The notes: a model not told the origin generated them from the letters alone. Shown: positions 1-13,739, counted from the stretch's first letter. The stretch is 64,000 nt of DNA from Camelus ferus (GCF_009834535.1 NC_045696.1:113276001-113340000), one strand, 5' to 3'. Made by a program: numbers and translations.

Positions 1-137
1 GAGAATTCCAGGCACCCTAAGGAAGAAATCTCAAACCATGGAGGAGACACTGGTCTACACTGAGGGCAAGGTGCAGGGCAGTGGGACCCACCGAGATGGG
101 AGTGGTGGGTCTTAGCACATACCTAGTTTTCAGCCTT

Positions 138-315
138 AGGTCAAATTCTGCCACAAATTGCCACTTACCTGCCATTGAACCTTGAGCAAGTCACTTACCC
201 TGCCTGAGCCTGTTTCTTCATCTACAAAACGGGGGACCCTCTCTCACAGAATTGTAGAAAGAAATAAGCTCTTAGATGATTTCATAGGACACGGTGAGTG
301 CTCAATAAATAAGTT
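138..315 (+). mobile_element. MIR SINE relic
   Basis: CCTTGAGCAAGTCACTTACCCTGCCTGAGCCTGTTTCTTCATCTACAAAACGGGG is the MIR core. Similar relics lie near 9570, 39450, 42030, 49700 and 53430. Confidence 0.7.
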
Positions 316-1089
316 ATTTTCTCATAATGAAGCTTGGAAACCTGGAGCAGATAAGGTACTAGAGCTGCAGAACGCCCATGTCAGAATAATCACTAAGTCG
401 ATACTGGCAGGACTGAAGTCTCCAAAGCCGGGAATATAATGGATGCAGTGGGAGCAGACCCGGCAGCCAAATCCCGTGATGCTCCCAACAGGTAGTTTTC
501 ATCCAAAATCAGGTACAACATGAGTTAGTTAACTTACTGACCTTGCGTTGAAGTTGAACACGTGTTATTGGGAGAGTCAGCCTTACAGAGACAGCATAGG
601 GGACCAATGGAATTCGAAGTCCTTCCCTTCTCCCACGGGCTGCCCTGAATGCCTACAATTTCATCATGGCCCTTTCTCTGTGGTCTTTCAAAATGCAAAC
701 CTCCTGGCTGGGTCTCTGACCAAGTCACTAGCATCTCCAAGTGGAGAACTGGGTCAGATTCCTTTCCTCTTTGACAAGATCCAGTAAAGGCTATGGAAGA
801 AGTGGAAGCGGAAGGAGGCCAGGAAAGAGGTAAGCATCACAGGGAAATGGAGAAGCGAGAGAGAAAATAAAGAGCGAGACTCCCACGTAGCATTGTGCAG
901 GTTGTCAGGTTGTGCACTGAGCAATAGGCATGACGTTCCCCTCAGACACGGTGCCTTGAAAACTAACATCACCTACCTCACTGCTTGCCAGGAGCTAACC
1001 TGGAACACAGGATAAAAATACAAAGTTCCACTCAAATTTAGACAAATGCTTGAATGGCATATTGATGGTTGTCTATCAAGATATTCCAA

Positions 1090-1308
1090 GACAGATAACA
1101 CTGTTTTGTATGATGTAAGTCTGCTGAGAGAGTAAAACTTAAATGTTCTCACACACACAAAAAAATGTATGTATATATATATAGTGATGGATGTGCTAAT
1201 TAACTACATTTCACTATGTATAAATATATTAAAGCATCACAATGTATGCTTTAAATAAATATCTTGCAATTTTGTTTGTCAGTTATACCCCAATAAAGCT
1301 GAAAAAAA
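1090..1308 (+). mobile_element. L1 3'-end fragment (L1MA/MB-like)
   Basis: L1 3' UTR-like sequence ending CCCCAATAAAGCTGAAAAAAAAA; TSD AAGAYATTCCAA at 1078-1089 and 1309-1320. Confidence 0.75.
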
Positions 1309-3034
1309 AAGACATTCCAATAATCCTGATGTTACACAGCTGGCCTGCTGTGTCAAGTCTTAGGGATGGTGCCCAGCACATAGTGGACACCTAGGGAATG
1401 TTTAGAACAGAAGTCTATGATTGGCTTCTGCCTCTAAACTTTCCCGCTATTTAACCTGGGACAAATCACTAACTCTCTCCAACAAATACCGTAATCAGAG
1501 ATTAGGTGGCCACAAAGAAGCCAAGGACATCCGCCAAGGCACCACTTTAAAGTAGCTCTTCAATACGATACCCGTATTTCCCCCTGCGCGGAAAATACAC
1601 TGAATCAGTACTGGCCCCAAAAACCTATGATCGTCATAAAAACAGAGCACCAGCTCCAGGATAAATTGGGAAATCAGTCGCCTTATGCTGCCTCCTTCAG
1701 TGTCTGGACCAGCTCCCCCAGGAACGGAGTCTCCAGGCTGTTCTCAGTTCTCAGAAAGTCTAGGCTTCGTCCCCCGTCAGCTTCTGAAAATGTTCTCACA
1801 TGCCATAATAAACGTATTCCCCCGAAGGTGTTGGTGATGAGTACCACCTTCTGTCCTTACCTCTGCAGGGCAGAGGCTTTGGGTTTTGAAAACCCCAGAG
1901 ATGCAGAGACCCCACGCCAGGCACATGTCTGGCAGTGGCATTGCAGACGGACCAGCAGGTCTCCCGGGGGCCACTTCACCTGCCCTTGTCACTTGTATTG
2001 ACTCAGGGATGGTTAGTCTCTTCTGTGCCGGATGCTAATGATGAGCTGTCTTTAGAGATTAGCCTCGGTTCTGGACCAGTTCAGCCTTCTTGACTTGACC
2101 TGCAAAGATACCAGAAATCCAGAACCAGCCAGGCTTTGGAAAAGAGAGTAGGAAGTCCTCCATGGTCCAGAGCACTGATCTGAAACAGAACCATTATCTC
2201 TGGTGAACCACTATCCCCGTGGCATTTGTCAGTATTGGTTTACATAAAAGACTTGCCTTTATTAAACTTTACCGCCTCTTAAAATACAGAACTGTGTTGC
2301 AAATATGACTATTCAACTCAATTAGCTATAATGTGAAGTCACTCAACATGAGTTGGAATATTGTGTGGGTTGATGGTTTATTAGTCTAGCTGGCAATATT
2401 CAGGCAGTGGCAGGTTTTACCCATCCCCAGAACGTGTGTCCCAGAATGTGCCGCTACAAAGGTCATGCTACTGTAAGCCAAGCCTCAGAACTAATGAAAA
2501 GATACTTTTTTGGTCCCTTGTTTGCCTAGCTCTGGAAAGAACGTCTTATAATAAGCCTAAGATATAAAACTAAAGGTCAAAACTGTAAGTAAAAGAAGCT
2601 CCTGCCTTTAAGGGGGAAAAAGAAATACATGTTAATTTTGGCAGGAGTTTCAATTGACCGGGTTTCCAAGGAGACAAGTGTCTGCAGTGGGTCCATCTCA
2701 TTTAACATTTAGGGCCGAACGTGGGGGTAGTGCTTTCCTGTTCTCTCTTTCTGGTTGCACATATGCTCATTCTTAACTTTACAGTGATCATTCTATGTTT
2801 GAGTCTTTCTTCTTCCACAAACAAAGGAAGTGAATGCTCATTCTTATGATTTTTTTTTACAATATTTTGTAGTATTAAGAATATAAGCCTTCAAGAATTA
2901 AGAATAGTAAGAATAGTGGTAATCACTAAAAGTAAGAAGGTAATACTTGTCAATCTGACATACCCTTCTTACCTAGATGAATCTCAGGCTGTTTAACTTT
3001 GCTGCTTGTTTGCCTGCAAATTGGCTTCCTTTAA

Positions 3035-3410
3035 ATTTTTTTCCTTTCAGTTATATTGAGGTATGATTGACATACAGCACTGTATGAGTTTAAGGTGCAC
3101 AGTGTAATGATTCTAAACAGCTTTCATATATGACCTACAGCTGTGTTAACTATACAGATCATGTTGCATGTTACATCGTTAGTACTTACGTATCTTATAG
3201 CCGGAAGTGTGCACATTTTGACCACCTTTATCCAATTCCCCCTCCCCACACCGCAGCCCACCCCCACCTCTGGTAACCACAAACCTGATCTCTTTCTTTA
3301 TGAGTTTGTTTGTTTGGGAATTATAATTTACCTGCAACACTATGCTGGTTCCTGGTGCACAACTCAGTGATTCAGTATTTCTAGATATTTCAAAATGATC
3401 ACCACCAAAA
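3035..3410 (-). mobile_element. L1 3' UTR fragment
   Basis: TTATATTGAGGTATGATTGACATACAGCACTG...CTCTGGTAACCACAAACCTGATCTC, typical antisense L1MA-type 3' end. Confidence 0.7.
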
Positions 3411-5007
3411 TCTGCTTACTTTTTGAGTTGGTTTCTGTTTTTAAGAGTTGAACTGGAAAAAAATTGGTGGCAAGGGACTATCATGTCTTCAAGTTTGAGT
3501 GAGCTGTGTGTTTTCTGGGAAGATCTGTTGACGCAAACCTACAAATTCCTTTCTATTTGATTTTAAAGCAATCTCAGCTTTACCAAAAAGTGGAAATGGT
3601 GCAGAGAACTCCCATATGCCCTTCAGTTGGAGTCACCAAGTGTTAACATGTTGCCGCGTTGGCTTTATCATTCTGGTTGTGTGAATACTACGTGTGTGTT
3701 TGCGTATATACATATTATCTTTCAGAACCATTTGAGGGTAAGTTACAGACATCATGCCATTTTAAATACATCATTGTGTCTCCTAAAAGCAAAGAAGTTC
3801 TCTTAGAAAACCATAGTACAACCATCAAAGTCAGGAAACTTAACATGGATGGGTACTACTATCTACTTTACCTGCTTTATTTAATTTTCACAAATTGTCC
3901 CTCCCCACCCCTCTCCCCACCACCCCCGGAGGGCAGGTCAAGGCTGAGACCAGGGCTAGAGAGAGGACGCGTCTCTGGCTCTCGACTTCATTTCCCCCAA
4001 GCAAGGCTGGGCCAGGCCACTACCAGCTGCTCCCGATACCGGTTTTGTTTTCTGGGCCAGGACCTTCCATTTCGTCTCTGTGTCTGTTTACTCTGGACCA
4101 GCTCACAAGCTCTCTTTGTCCTTCACTTTCACAGCACTTGACATCTGTGAAGAGTGCAGGCTGATTATTTTGCAGAATGTCCCGCAGTGTGGGTCTGACG
4201 GATGCTTCCTCATGATTAGAATCAGATCATGCCTGTTGGGCAAAAATACAAGAACAACAACAACAACAAAAATGTTGTCTCGCATGATGTTTGTTCCTAT
4301 AAAAATCTGAATTTAAGTGTATGATTCAGAAATAGTTTCCGATCTTCCGAACCACCCACGTCTCTCTGAGGCACCCATTCAGTGCTGGAAGGGCGCGTGC
4401 CTCAAGAATGAAAGTTATTTGTCTCTCTGTTACCTGTGACATTTTTAAGGAAGGTGTGAGTGACAGGGTGTTGCTTACCTGGAGGCCACGTTTCTTTGTA
4501 GCAGGAGAGAAAGCAGATTCCCCGCCATCTGAGGACTTTCCTAAGGAGAGAAAATAGTCGCTTGTGACCTGGACGTTCATTTCTTTCCACAATCTAGTAA
4601 ATCACAAAACAACTAAGGTTGTAGTGGATTTTAGGTGAATCTTGGTATCTGCTGTGCATCTTTCTAGACTGTTTTTGACACCTGAAATAGAGTGAAGAAT
4701 TTCCCCTCACCAGTCCTAGATCTCAAGGGTCTCAGGGTATCAGCATGAAGTAGATCCTATTTTTGAAAACATTTACAAATCCCCATTTATTCCCCTCCTG
4801 CTTCAAGGCCCAGTTCAAATCTCACTTCCGCCGTGATTCTCTGTTCCCCGTCAGGATGAATATCTTTCTTCACACTGTCACGAAGTTTTACTAAAGGAGT
4901 TACTGTACTCTGCCCTGTCTTCCTGTGGCTTCTGAACATGACTGTTAGATTCCCTGGGACTGTGAGTTCATTGTGATTTATATCAGAAATTTTTTTAATA
5001 GATGTTC

Positions 5008-5420
5008 CTGGAGAATGTCATTCTAAGTGAAGTAAGCCAGAAAGAGAAAGAAAAATACCATATGAGATCACTCATGTGTGGAATCTAAAAAAAAAAAAAC
5101 AAACAAAACAAAACAGAAACAGACTCATAGACATAGAAAACAAACTTGTGGTTGCCAAGGGGGCAGGGGGTGGGAAGGGACAGACTGGGATTTCAAAATG
5201 TAGAATAGATAAACAAGATTATACTGTATAGCACAGGGAAATATATACAAGATCTTGTGGTAGCTCACAGAGAAAACAATGTGCAATGAATATATGTATG
5301 TTCACGTATAATGGAAAAATTGTGCTCTACACTAGAATTTGACACAACATTGTAAAATGATTATAAATCAATAAAAGATGTTAAAAAATAAAAAGAAAAG
5401 CAAAAACAAAAAACAAAAGA
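5008..5420 (+). mobile_element. Lineage-specific L1 3' end
   Basis: CATTCTAAGTGAAGTAAGCCAGAAAGAGAAAGAAAAATACC...AATAAA plus A-rich tail; similar to the copies at 23545, 31441 and 8618. Confidence 0.85.
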
Positions 5421-5637
5421 AATGTTTTTAGTGTGTCCCACCTGCCCAGTGCTGTGCTGGGTGCTGAGAGAAGGAAGTTGGGGGAGACACCCTGCCTCCT
5501 GCATGGGGTTTCCGAATGGAAATGCTGGAAGAGCTGTGAACTTAGACTTGAAATGAGCAGCAACCCTGTGGATGGCCAAGCAATAGTGAAAACTCTATTG
5601 GCTGGCATTTGTCTTAGAGAAGAATAAAGAAGCAGCT

Positions 5638-5801
5638 GGGAAAGGTAGAGCTCAGTAGTAGAGTGCGTGTCTAGCAGGCATGAGGTCCTGGGTTCAATCC
5701 CCAGTACCTCCATTAAAAATAAACAAACAAATAAACCTAATTAACCCCCCAATTTTTTTTAAAAAAAAAGCCAAGAAATAATTATTTAAGCTTAAAAAAA
5801 A
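5638..5801 (+). mobile_element. tRNA-derived SINE (camelid vic-1-like)
   Basis: A-box AGCTCAGTAG, B-box GGTTCAATCCC, shared body ...GTACCTCCATTAAAAATAAA...ACCTAATTA, A-rich tail. Confidence 0.85.
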
Positions 5802-6089
5802 GGAATCTAACTCACATTGTTCCACAAATAATAACTCCATTTTCCTCCACATTCACTTAACACCGGGGGTACTAGGGTGTCAGATACTGGCTTCTGTTTG
5901 TTGATATGCTTTCTTAGTTTGGCTGCAAATTTCAGGGGAAAGTCATGTCTTCCTCCTATGGTGTATCCTCCATGAGACCTAGAAAACTAACATACGTAGT
6001 ATTGGTGTATAAATGATGTGAACTTCCTAATTTTCCTTAGCTTGACAAGCAGTTTTAATTACCTCGAGCTATTTGTAATCTCACATCTA

Positions 6090-6430
6090 TTTTGGCAAAG
6101 CTTGGTTGAGATGTATTTTACACATCATGAAATTCCTCTGTTTTGAGTGTACAGTTCCCTAATTGTTAGTATAGTTACCGAGTTGGGCAACCATGACCAC
6201 AATCTTATTTTAGAATATTTCCATCTCCTCCAGAGAAACCAGAAGCTGACTTGCAGTTACCCTTCATTCCTGTACCCAGCCCTGGGCGCCCACTCACCTG
6301 CTTTCTGTCCATACAGATTACCTTTCGTGGACCCTACACAAAAGTGGAATCATACGATGAGACTGATGTCTCTCACTTAACATACTGCTTTTGAAGTTCA
6401 TCCATGATGTAGCATGGATGAGAACTTTGT
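6090..6430 (-). mobile_element. Old L1 (L1MB/ME-like) fragment
   Basis: Antisense L1 3' motifs (GTTGGGCAACCATGACCACAATC...GTTCATCCATGATGTAGCATG). Confidence 0.6.
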
Positions 6431-7121
6431 CTGAACTTTTTACCTCTAATTATTCTTCATGATACTTTCAAGTGTAAGTGGGGAACTGGAGCCTTTAATG
6501 AACAAAGAATACATCTTTTGAAAACGTGGCAGGGTCTAGATACTGCATTAGTTGTTCTTAAAGGTGAAAAAGCAGAGTAAATGCAGATGACTCAATCACT
6601 CATTCATTCTTCCTGTTATTCAGGGAAATCTGTCATAAAATTAATCTCCGATATGTTATTCTAGAATAAAGAAAGTATACTATAGCTGTTAAATGTCGAA
6701 GTCATTCTACTCAAATAAGCACTCAACTTTTCAAATCAAGTCCATCAGTGTGAATTACAGTGAAATAATCATCTTAACACATTAAATTAGTAGGAAATGG
6801 ATCTACTTGGTGTGGGTGATTAAATTAGAAGTAATTAGAAATTAAAGAATACATAAAATGAATGACTATGTGATATACATGCCAAGCATATATGATATCC
6901 TTTTTAAAAAAAGTAAAATGTTGAAGAGCATTGTTTTCTCCTCGAGGTAGAGAAACAAACATTTTGATCAAAATACACATATGAAGTAGCATTAAATTAG
7001 GCACATCTTTGGAAAAACGGATAAATCATCACAGTGATCTTAGAATGTGTGTTGAAACACATAATTAGTTGTCCAGAACTTTCAAAACATTAAAATAATT
7101 CTCTATTTAGAAAAGCAGTGT

Positions 7122-7290
7122 GGAGGAGGAGGGTATATAGCTCAGTGATAGAGTGCTTAGCATGCATGAGGTCCTGGGTTCAATCCCCAGTACCTCCATT
7201 TAAAAATAAATAAATAAACCTGATTACCACCCCCTAAAAAAATTTTTTTAAGAAGTATTAAAAAAATCTTTAAAAAAAATCTTAAAAAAC
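7122..7290 (+). mobile_element. tRNA-derived SINE (camelid vic-1-like)
   Basis: TATAGCTCAGTG...GCATGAGGTCCTGGGTTCAATCCCCAGTACCTCC plus A-rich tail. Confidence 0.85.
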
Positions 7291-7781
7291 AATATGGGGA
7301 AGCAAGATAAGCACGTTCTAGAATAGCAATTCAAGAGCTGAAGTTTCAGTACTTACATCTTCCCTTAGTAGCTACGTAAGGGTGAGAAAACCTCTCCTCA
7401 GTTTCCTGCTGTCAGATGAGTGGAAATGCCTACCCCTGCGCGAGCCTTGTTAGTTGGTTGTGAAGATAACGCGCAGTAGACCCCATCATCGTTACTTAGC
7501 CCATGCTCTAATTAAAGCTACACCAAAACTCAAATGTTAGGGTATGTTTCCCAGACTCTGATGGTCATACTTCATAGAGTAGAGTCATGAAAGGCTTGCT
7601 TTCGAATCAAATGTTCATTCGTCAAAAAAAGAGCAAAGATTCCACTGTTACCTTAGAAAAGAGAAGACTTCAGTGCTGATAACAGGGGGGTCTGAAATCT
7701 ATTTTAAAAGCCTTACTTTGTTTCTCAATCTCCAGCCTTAAGGGTGCTGGTCTGTATTTACTTTTGTGTACATAAGCTTTT

Positions 7782-7950
7782 CGTTTGGTCTGGATTCTGA
7801 CCTCTTTTGGGTGGAGGTAGGGGGGTAATTAGGCTTATTTATTTACTTACTTATTGTTAATGGAGGTGCTGGGGATTGAACCCAGGACCTCGTGCATGCT
7901 AAGCATGTGCTCCACCACTGAGCTACACCCTCACCACCCCTCTCCCCACC
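7782..7950 (-). mobile_element. tRNA-derived SINE (camelid vic-1-like)
   Basis: Reverse-complement copy: GGAGGTGCTGGGGATTGAACCCAGGACCTCGTGCATGCTAAGC...CTGAGCTAC. Confidence 0.85.
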
Positions 7951-8312
7951 CCAAGCTCTTTTTGAGTATTATCTCACTCTTTCTAAGCACAAAGAGAACT
8001 TACGGATTTGCCTTTGGTCTTAGGAAACATCGGACAGAATATAACCCTTAACCTTCAACCTGGGAGCTCTAGTAAGCAAGACATTGTGCTGGAATGCCAG
8101 TCATCCATCAACACTCCTCCATCCGTTGGAAATGCTATGGAAAAGAGGCTTTGAAATCGCGCCAATGTCTCTGGGAATTTTGAGCATTACAACCCATTAC
8201 TTCAAAACTTAAATGGAACAAATCTTGACTTTAGGCTGAAAGCCGACTATACATTATTTTCCAATATGCAAGAAAATATTTGATGAACTAAGCATCCATC
8301 AAGAATGTTTAG

Positions 8313-8455
8313 GGGGAAGGTATAGCTCAATGGCAGAGCACATGTTTAGCATACATGAGGTCCTGGGTTCAATCCCCAGTGCCTCCATATAAATAATATA
8401 AACAAAACAAATTTTAGAAAACTAATTACCTCCCTCTCACCCCCCACAAAAAAAT
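8313..8455 (+). mobile_element. tRNA-derived SINE (camelid vic-1-like)
   Basis: A/B boxes; TSD AATGTTTAG at 8304-8312 and 8456-8464. Confidence 0.9.
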
Positions 8456-8617
8456 AATGTTTAGAAATATTTTGAGCATATAAAATTCCCCTGTCTGACA
8501 CAGTTAAGTTTCTAGGCCCCGCAAGGAGGACAATTAATAAGCTGTGAAGAATCACTGCATGTCAGGGTGTCTTTTTTTTTTTTTTTTTTTTTTTTGAAGT
8601 GGTAAGAACCTAAAGAT

Positions 8618-9034
8618 TCTTTTTTTAAAATATATTTTTATTGAAATATAGTCAGTTTACAATATTGTGTCAATTTCTGGTGTACAGCCCAATGCTTTAG
8701 TCATAGAGGATCGTACATATATTTGTTTTCATATTCTTTTTAACCATAAGTTACTGCAAGATATTGGATATAGTTCCCCGTGCTATGCAGCATGAACTTG
8801 TTGTTTACCTATTTTATGTATAGTAGTTAGTATCTACAAATTTCGAACTCCCAATTTATCCCTTCCCACCCTCTTCCTCCCCGGGTAACCATAAGTTTGT
8901 TTTCTACGTCTGTGAGTCTGTTTCTATTTTGTAAATGAGTTTGTTTATCTTTTGTTTGTTTTAGATTTAACATATGAATGTTATCATATGATATTTTTCT
9001 TTCTCTTTCTGGCTTACTTCACTTAGAATGACAT
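8618..9034 (-). mobile_element. Lineage-specific L1 3' end
   Basis: Reverse complement of the same L1 3' UTR (...CTGGCTTACTTCACTTAGAATGAC). Confidence 0.85.
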
Positions 9035-11084
9035 TGATTTATTCAAGCAGTTTCCCAGAAGGCAGCTCGGGCATGCAGGTCAGGTGCAGAGACGCAGAGC
9101 CTCCTCGACATTCTTTATGAGACTGAGCTCATCACAGTCTGCGGTGTCCCGGACCCCACTGTAAGCTACCGAGGGTATAAGGACAGTGAACTCAAGGCAT
9201 ATCTTATAGTCACGTCCCATTTTCCAACTTACCGTCCTGTTTCCATGGAGAAAATACATCATAACTCACAATCTGGAGGATTATAATTTTTAGGGCATTC
9301 AGCCGTTGTCTACTCCCATTCACTCATGTGTTAAGCAACTATTATATGCTTATTGTGAATCCTTAAAATAACTTAAATATCCAGGAAATAAGCACTATAC
9401 TTTTATCTGTAATTTATGCATTGACTTTAAGAGAACAAAGGTATAAACATAAATAATTATTTCAGCTTCAGTGCATGGAAAGGTAAGATTCTTCATGGAG
9501 ATGCAATATTTTGGAAATAAGCTTGGGGCTTGCGGCCAAATAAACCCGCACTGAAATCACCCCTGATCAGCCCTATGATCTTGGGTGAGTTCCCTAACCC
9601 ATCCAGCTCCCAGTGTCCTCATCTCTAAAACAGGAATGATGCTGTCTACCTACCAGATCGTTTGAGGTTTCAATGATACCGTCCACACGAAGGCCATTTC
9701 GTGGAACCTGGATCACCGTGTGGAAGAGAGCTAAGGCCAGAAAGGGGGACCATGTGTGACCAAGGCAGATGCAGAGATGCTGTTCAGCAAAACCAGAAAT
9801 GCCAGAGATCAGGTTATATGAGCGAGCAGCAAGAGATAGGGATAAAAAACAATCCAGGGCCACCTTCTGAAGGACCTGTAAGGCTTTAAACGTTTTCTTA
9901 AAAGGTGTGATTTCAATCTGGGATGAGGGTTGGGAGAAGGAATCGGTGAGATGTTTTGGATTCTGTGGCAGATGAAGGGAAAGTCAGAGTAAGGTTAGAG
10001 GCATAGACACCTGTTGGGTTCACCGACTTTTCTCTTAAAGAGAAGAAGTGAGGAGTTTCATGAAGGTAGTGGCAATCTGGAATAGTCAGCTTTTTGGGAC
10101 CAGATTGTGACGAAGCCAGAGAGAGAGAAATAAGCTGCAAAAGGAAAAGTCAAAGCAGGCAGGTTTTGCTGGAACAGATCTGGGTTTGAATCCTGACTCT
10201 TCCAATTACCAGCTGTGCCACTTTGGACAAATGAATGGTTTTTTAATCCATTTTTTGTTAATATGCATAGTCCTGGCTGCCCTGAGGGACCACCCATAAG
10301 GATTAATAAGATAATGTTTATACACCCCCAGCACGGAATCTGAGATGAGCTCAGTCTCAGCGTGGGGGGCACCGCAGAGGCATTCAGGGGGAGATGTTGG
10401 GTAGGTGGCTGGACCTGCAGGTCTAGGGGAGCACAATTAAGCACCACAAGCAAACAGGGCAAGAGTCGGAGCTGTGGGCATTGATGAGGTCACTTGGTGA
10501 GAACATGTGTGGTTAGAAGAAGGTTAAGGATAAAGCCAAGGGAGAGTCTACTGTAAAAGCAGGCAGAGGGGAGATCTCTTGAAGAAGACTGGATAGAGTT
10601 CATCAGAGATGGAGGAGGTGTCTGAGACAGGCATCAGGACGCAGAGGATCCTGGGGCACCATCAGCAGGCTGTGGGGCTGGGGTGGGTGAGGGGAAGCGC
10701 TTATGGTATTAGGACAGCATCATGTCCAGAGACACTGAAAGATTCCAAAGACACTGGAAGTCACTGCTCCTTACGGCTGCTGAGTGGCAATGCTAAAGTA
10801 TGCAAAGTGCTATTATGCTGGTAGTGACTGGTCACCAGAACGCAAAGGAGGGGCTGGAAAAGTGGAGTGGGGCTGGCCACGTGGAGCATAGATTTCTCCT
10901 GGGTTAATTAAGCCTAAAAGGTTTCAGATCAAGGACAAAGCCAATACCCCTTCCAGGGCAAGCAGGAAACAGCAACAGAAGAAAGGGGCTCTGAGAATCC
11001 AGGGCTCCAGGTGACGGGCAGTGAGCCTGGGAAAGTTGGCAGGGCCCTAAGGGTACGGACCACCCGGGCCTTCCTTGAGGGCCC

Positions 11085-11257
11085 CGGTTCTCAGACGTCA
11101 GCCTGGATCAGGATCCCCAGGAGGGCTCGTCCACACCCGCACTGCCGGCCTCACCCCCAGAGTTCCTGCTCATATTCCTGCCAGATAATTTGCGTTTCTA
11201 AGAAGTTCCAGGAGATGGTAATGCTGGTTTCAGGAACCACATTTTAAGAACCTCTGA
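11085..11257. mobile_element. MER5A-like hAT DNA transposon relic
   Basis: GGTTCTCAGAC...CCCCAGAGTTC...TTTGCGTTTCTAAGAAGTTCCAGGAGATG...GAACCACATTTTAAGAACCTCTG resembles the MER5A consensus. Confidence 0.6.
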
Positions 11258-11424
11258 CCTAAGGGGTCTTTTGGAGTCTATTTTATAATCTTTGTGGAAC
11301 TTCAAAAGGCTGTTTTCTTTAACTCATTCATCGTATACATTCACCTGTTTCATCTAGTAAAATGCTGCTGTAGCTGGGTTGGTGGTATCTTTTGTATGAA
11401 TGGGTCAGGCAACCATTCCATCTT

Positions 11425-11611
11425 TTTTTTTTAAATTTTTTAAATTGTTTTATCCAACTATTTTATTTTTTAACTTCTATTAATTTTTTTCATCTTTTGT
11501 CAGGGGAGGTAATTACGTTTATTCATTTTTTTAATGGAAGTACCGGGGATTGAACCCAGGACCTCAGGCATTCTAGGCATGCACTCCACCACTGAGCTGT
11601 AGCCTCGCCCC
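11425..11611 (-). mobile_element. tRNA-derived SINE (camelid vic-1-like)
   Basis: Reverse A/B boxes; perfect 15-bp TSD CAACCATTCCATCTT at 11410-11424 and 11612-11626. Confidence 0.92.
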
Positions 11612-13332
11612 CAACCATTCCATCTTAATGAAACAAAATACACAACCTCCAAACCTGGAATGAAGATCCAAGTCGAGGAAGCCCACAGGACTGCCTTCAT
11701 GAGCACCTCCTTCTCCTTGAAAATCTCTCAGTTCAATTACTGAGGTTGCTCCCATCAGCTTGGGCCCCAGGACTGTCCTGTTCTCACATCAGTGTTCTCA
11801 TCAGAGCTGTCTCTCTTCCACTGCACCAGATCAGAATCCATTCCCTTTCTGCTAGTCAAACCATGTTGCCACATTTTCTAGCACATTTTTGTAAAAGCAA
11901 ATTCTGCCTGGTGATGCATTAACCCAAAAGCCTCCCCTTGTATCCTTGAGAGAGCCATCAGCGGCTGGAACTATCAAGACGTTTTTGTTTGTTATTGAAG
12001 GAGAAAAATGAAAAACAAATTCAGAGCACAAGATGTTTTCAAAGAGGGAGGCTTTGAGTTTCTATTCCCACCAAAGCAAACTTGATCCCAGAGCCCAAAG
12101 ACTTGATGTGGTCCCCTGAGGATCTGCACTTCATGGGTCCAACCAGCCCTGCAAGCAACCCCCAGCATATATGCAATAGAACAGAGTTCTGTGTTTTTCA
12201 AAGAATATTTCATGGAACGCTTGTAACAGATGTTACCGGATACACAGGGTTCCATGATGAGAGGTGTTCAGGAAATGCTGAGCTATGCAAAGGCATACAA
12301 AGTTCAGCAGTTTTCTTCTGCGAATCTCCAAGAGAAGGACACACAATTTACCAGACTCACTTGACCATAGAACCTCTTTTTTACTGATTTTTCTTCAAAG
12401 CATCTCTTGGGACTGACATTCTGGACCACTTTGGGAACACCATCTGGGTGTTCACCCAGTAGCCATGGTGTTCATTTAATAAGGACCCCAAAATCACAAT
12501 AATCAAGGGGAGAGTCAGTCATGCTAATTGACACATCTAGGACGGAGGAAGTAAAAAGTTCCCAAAATGGTTAGTTTGACCTGATCCTAGCCACTCAAGG
12601 TTTTGCACCATTTAGTAGAAGTCCTGAGGAGGAGAGTCAGTCCTCAGGCTGGGGACAAATTCCTTTCATTCCCTCCCTCCCGCCCCCCAAGCCTAAAGCA
12701 CTAAAGTCAGTTGGGAAAATAAAGGTCCCACCTGGAAAGGAGGACCTGACAGCCCTAAAGTGTGAATACATTTTGGTCCCAATAACGACCGTCTACGGTG
12801 GGACAAAAGCCACCTTATCCCTCTGGGATGGGGTTTCCTCTGCGTCGAATAAAGTACATATGGAATACACAGCTCAGAAGTTCCAGTTGTCATATCCGAG
12901 GATCCCGGGGGAAACCTCCGTCTTTGGAGGGTGGGGGGGACTTTAAGATCAAGTGGTCCCAAAGTGCCAGGAGCTTGCCCTGCGCTCATCTCTGGAGTTG
13001 AACTAATTTGGAATCTTTTTTAAAAAGAAACAAGTCAGAAGATTCCAGACATCCAAAGAGCAACAGAGCTCAAGAAGTTATTCTGCACCCTTTCCTTTCC
13101 CCCCAGATATGTCGCCTACATTAAGGTACGCTCTCAGCACTCATATGGTGAGACCTGGGCTCCCACCCCCCATGTCTGTGAAAGGATCGTTCCTCAATGT
13201 GAGTGGCTCCTTCAGAGGGTACGCCATGTTTCTACACTTTCTATAACCTCTCTGAGAGCAGAGATGTTTGGTAGTTGTGACCTCCATTCATAATTCCAAG
13301 GCTCAGTGGAGGTAGGTTTAAGAAGCCGGTCT

Positions 13333-13494
13333 GGGTGGCAAGGCTATAGCTCAGTGGGAGAGCGTGCGCTTAGCATGCGTGAGGTCCTGGCTTCAATCCC
13401 CAGTGCTTCCATTAAAATAAATAAATAAGCAAACCTAATTACTTCCCCTTAATTACCTCCCCCACCAAAAAATTAATTAAAAAAAAAAAAAAAA
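13333..13494 (+). mobile_element. tRNA-derived SINE (camelid vic-1-like)
   Basis: CTATAGCTCAGTGGGAGAGCGTGCGCTTAGCATGCGTGAGGTCCTGGCTTCAATCCCC plus poly-A. Confidence 0.88.
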
Positions 13495-13739
13495 GAAGTC
13501 TATCTCTGTTCTCCAGCAGCAAAATATAAAAGAGCAAACTGGCTCAACTCGAGACAGACAGATGTCTCCCCAGAACTTTCCAAGCCTAAGAAAGTCCATT
13601 TATTGCAACAGATAACATTTGATCTTGTTTTGGAAAATACACATAGATGTTGATGCCCGGAGAGTCCCCCATCTTTCTTCTGGGAGAACAACTAATGTCA
13701 CATATGTGATGAGTGTCAGGGGCCCTCAGCCTACAATGG

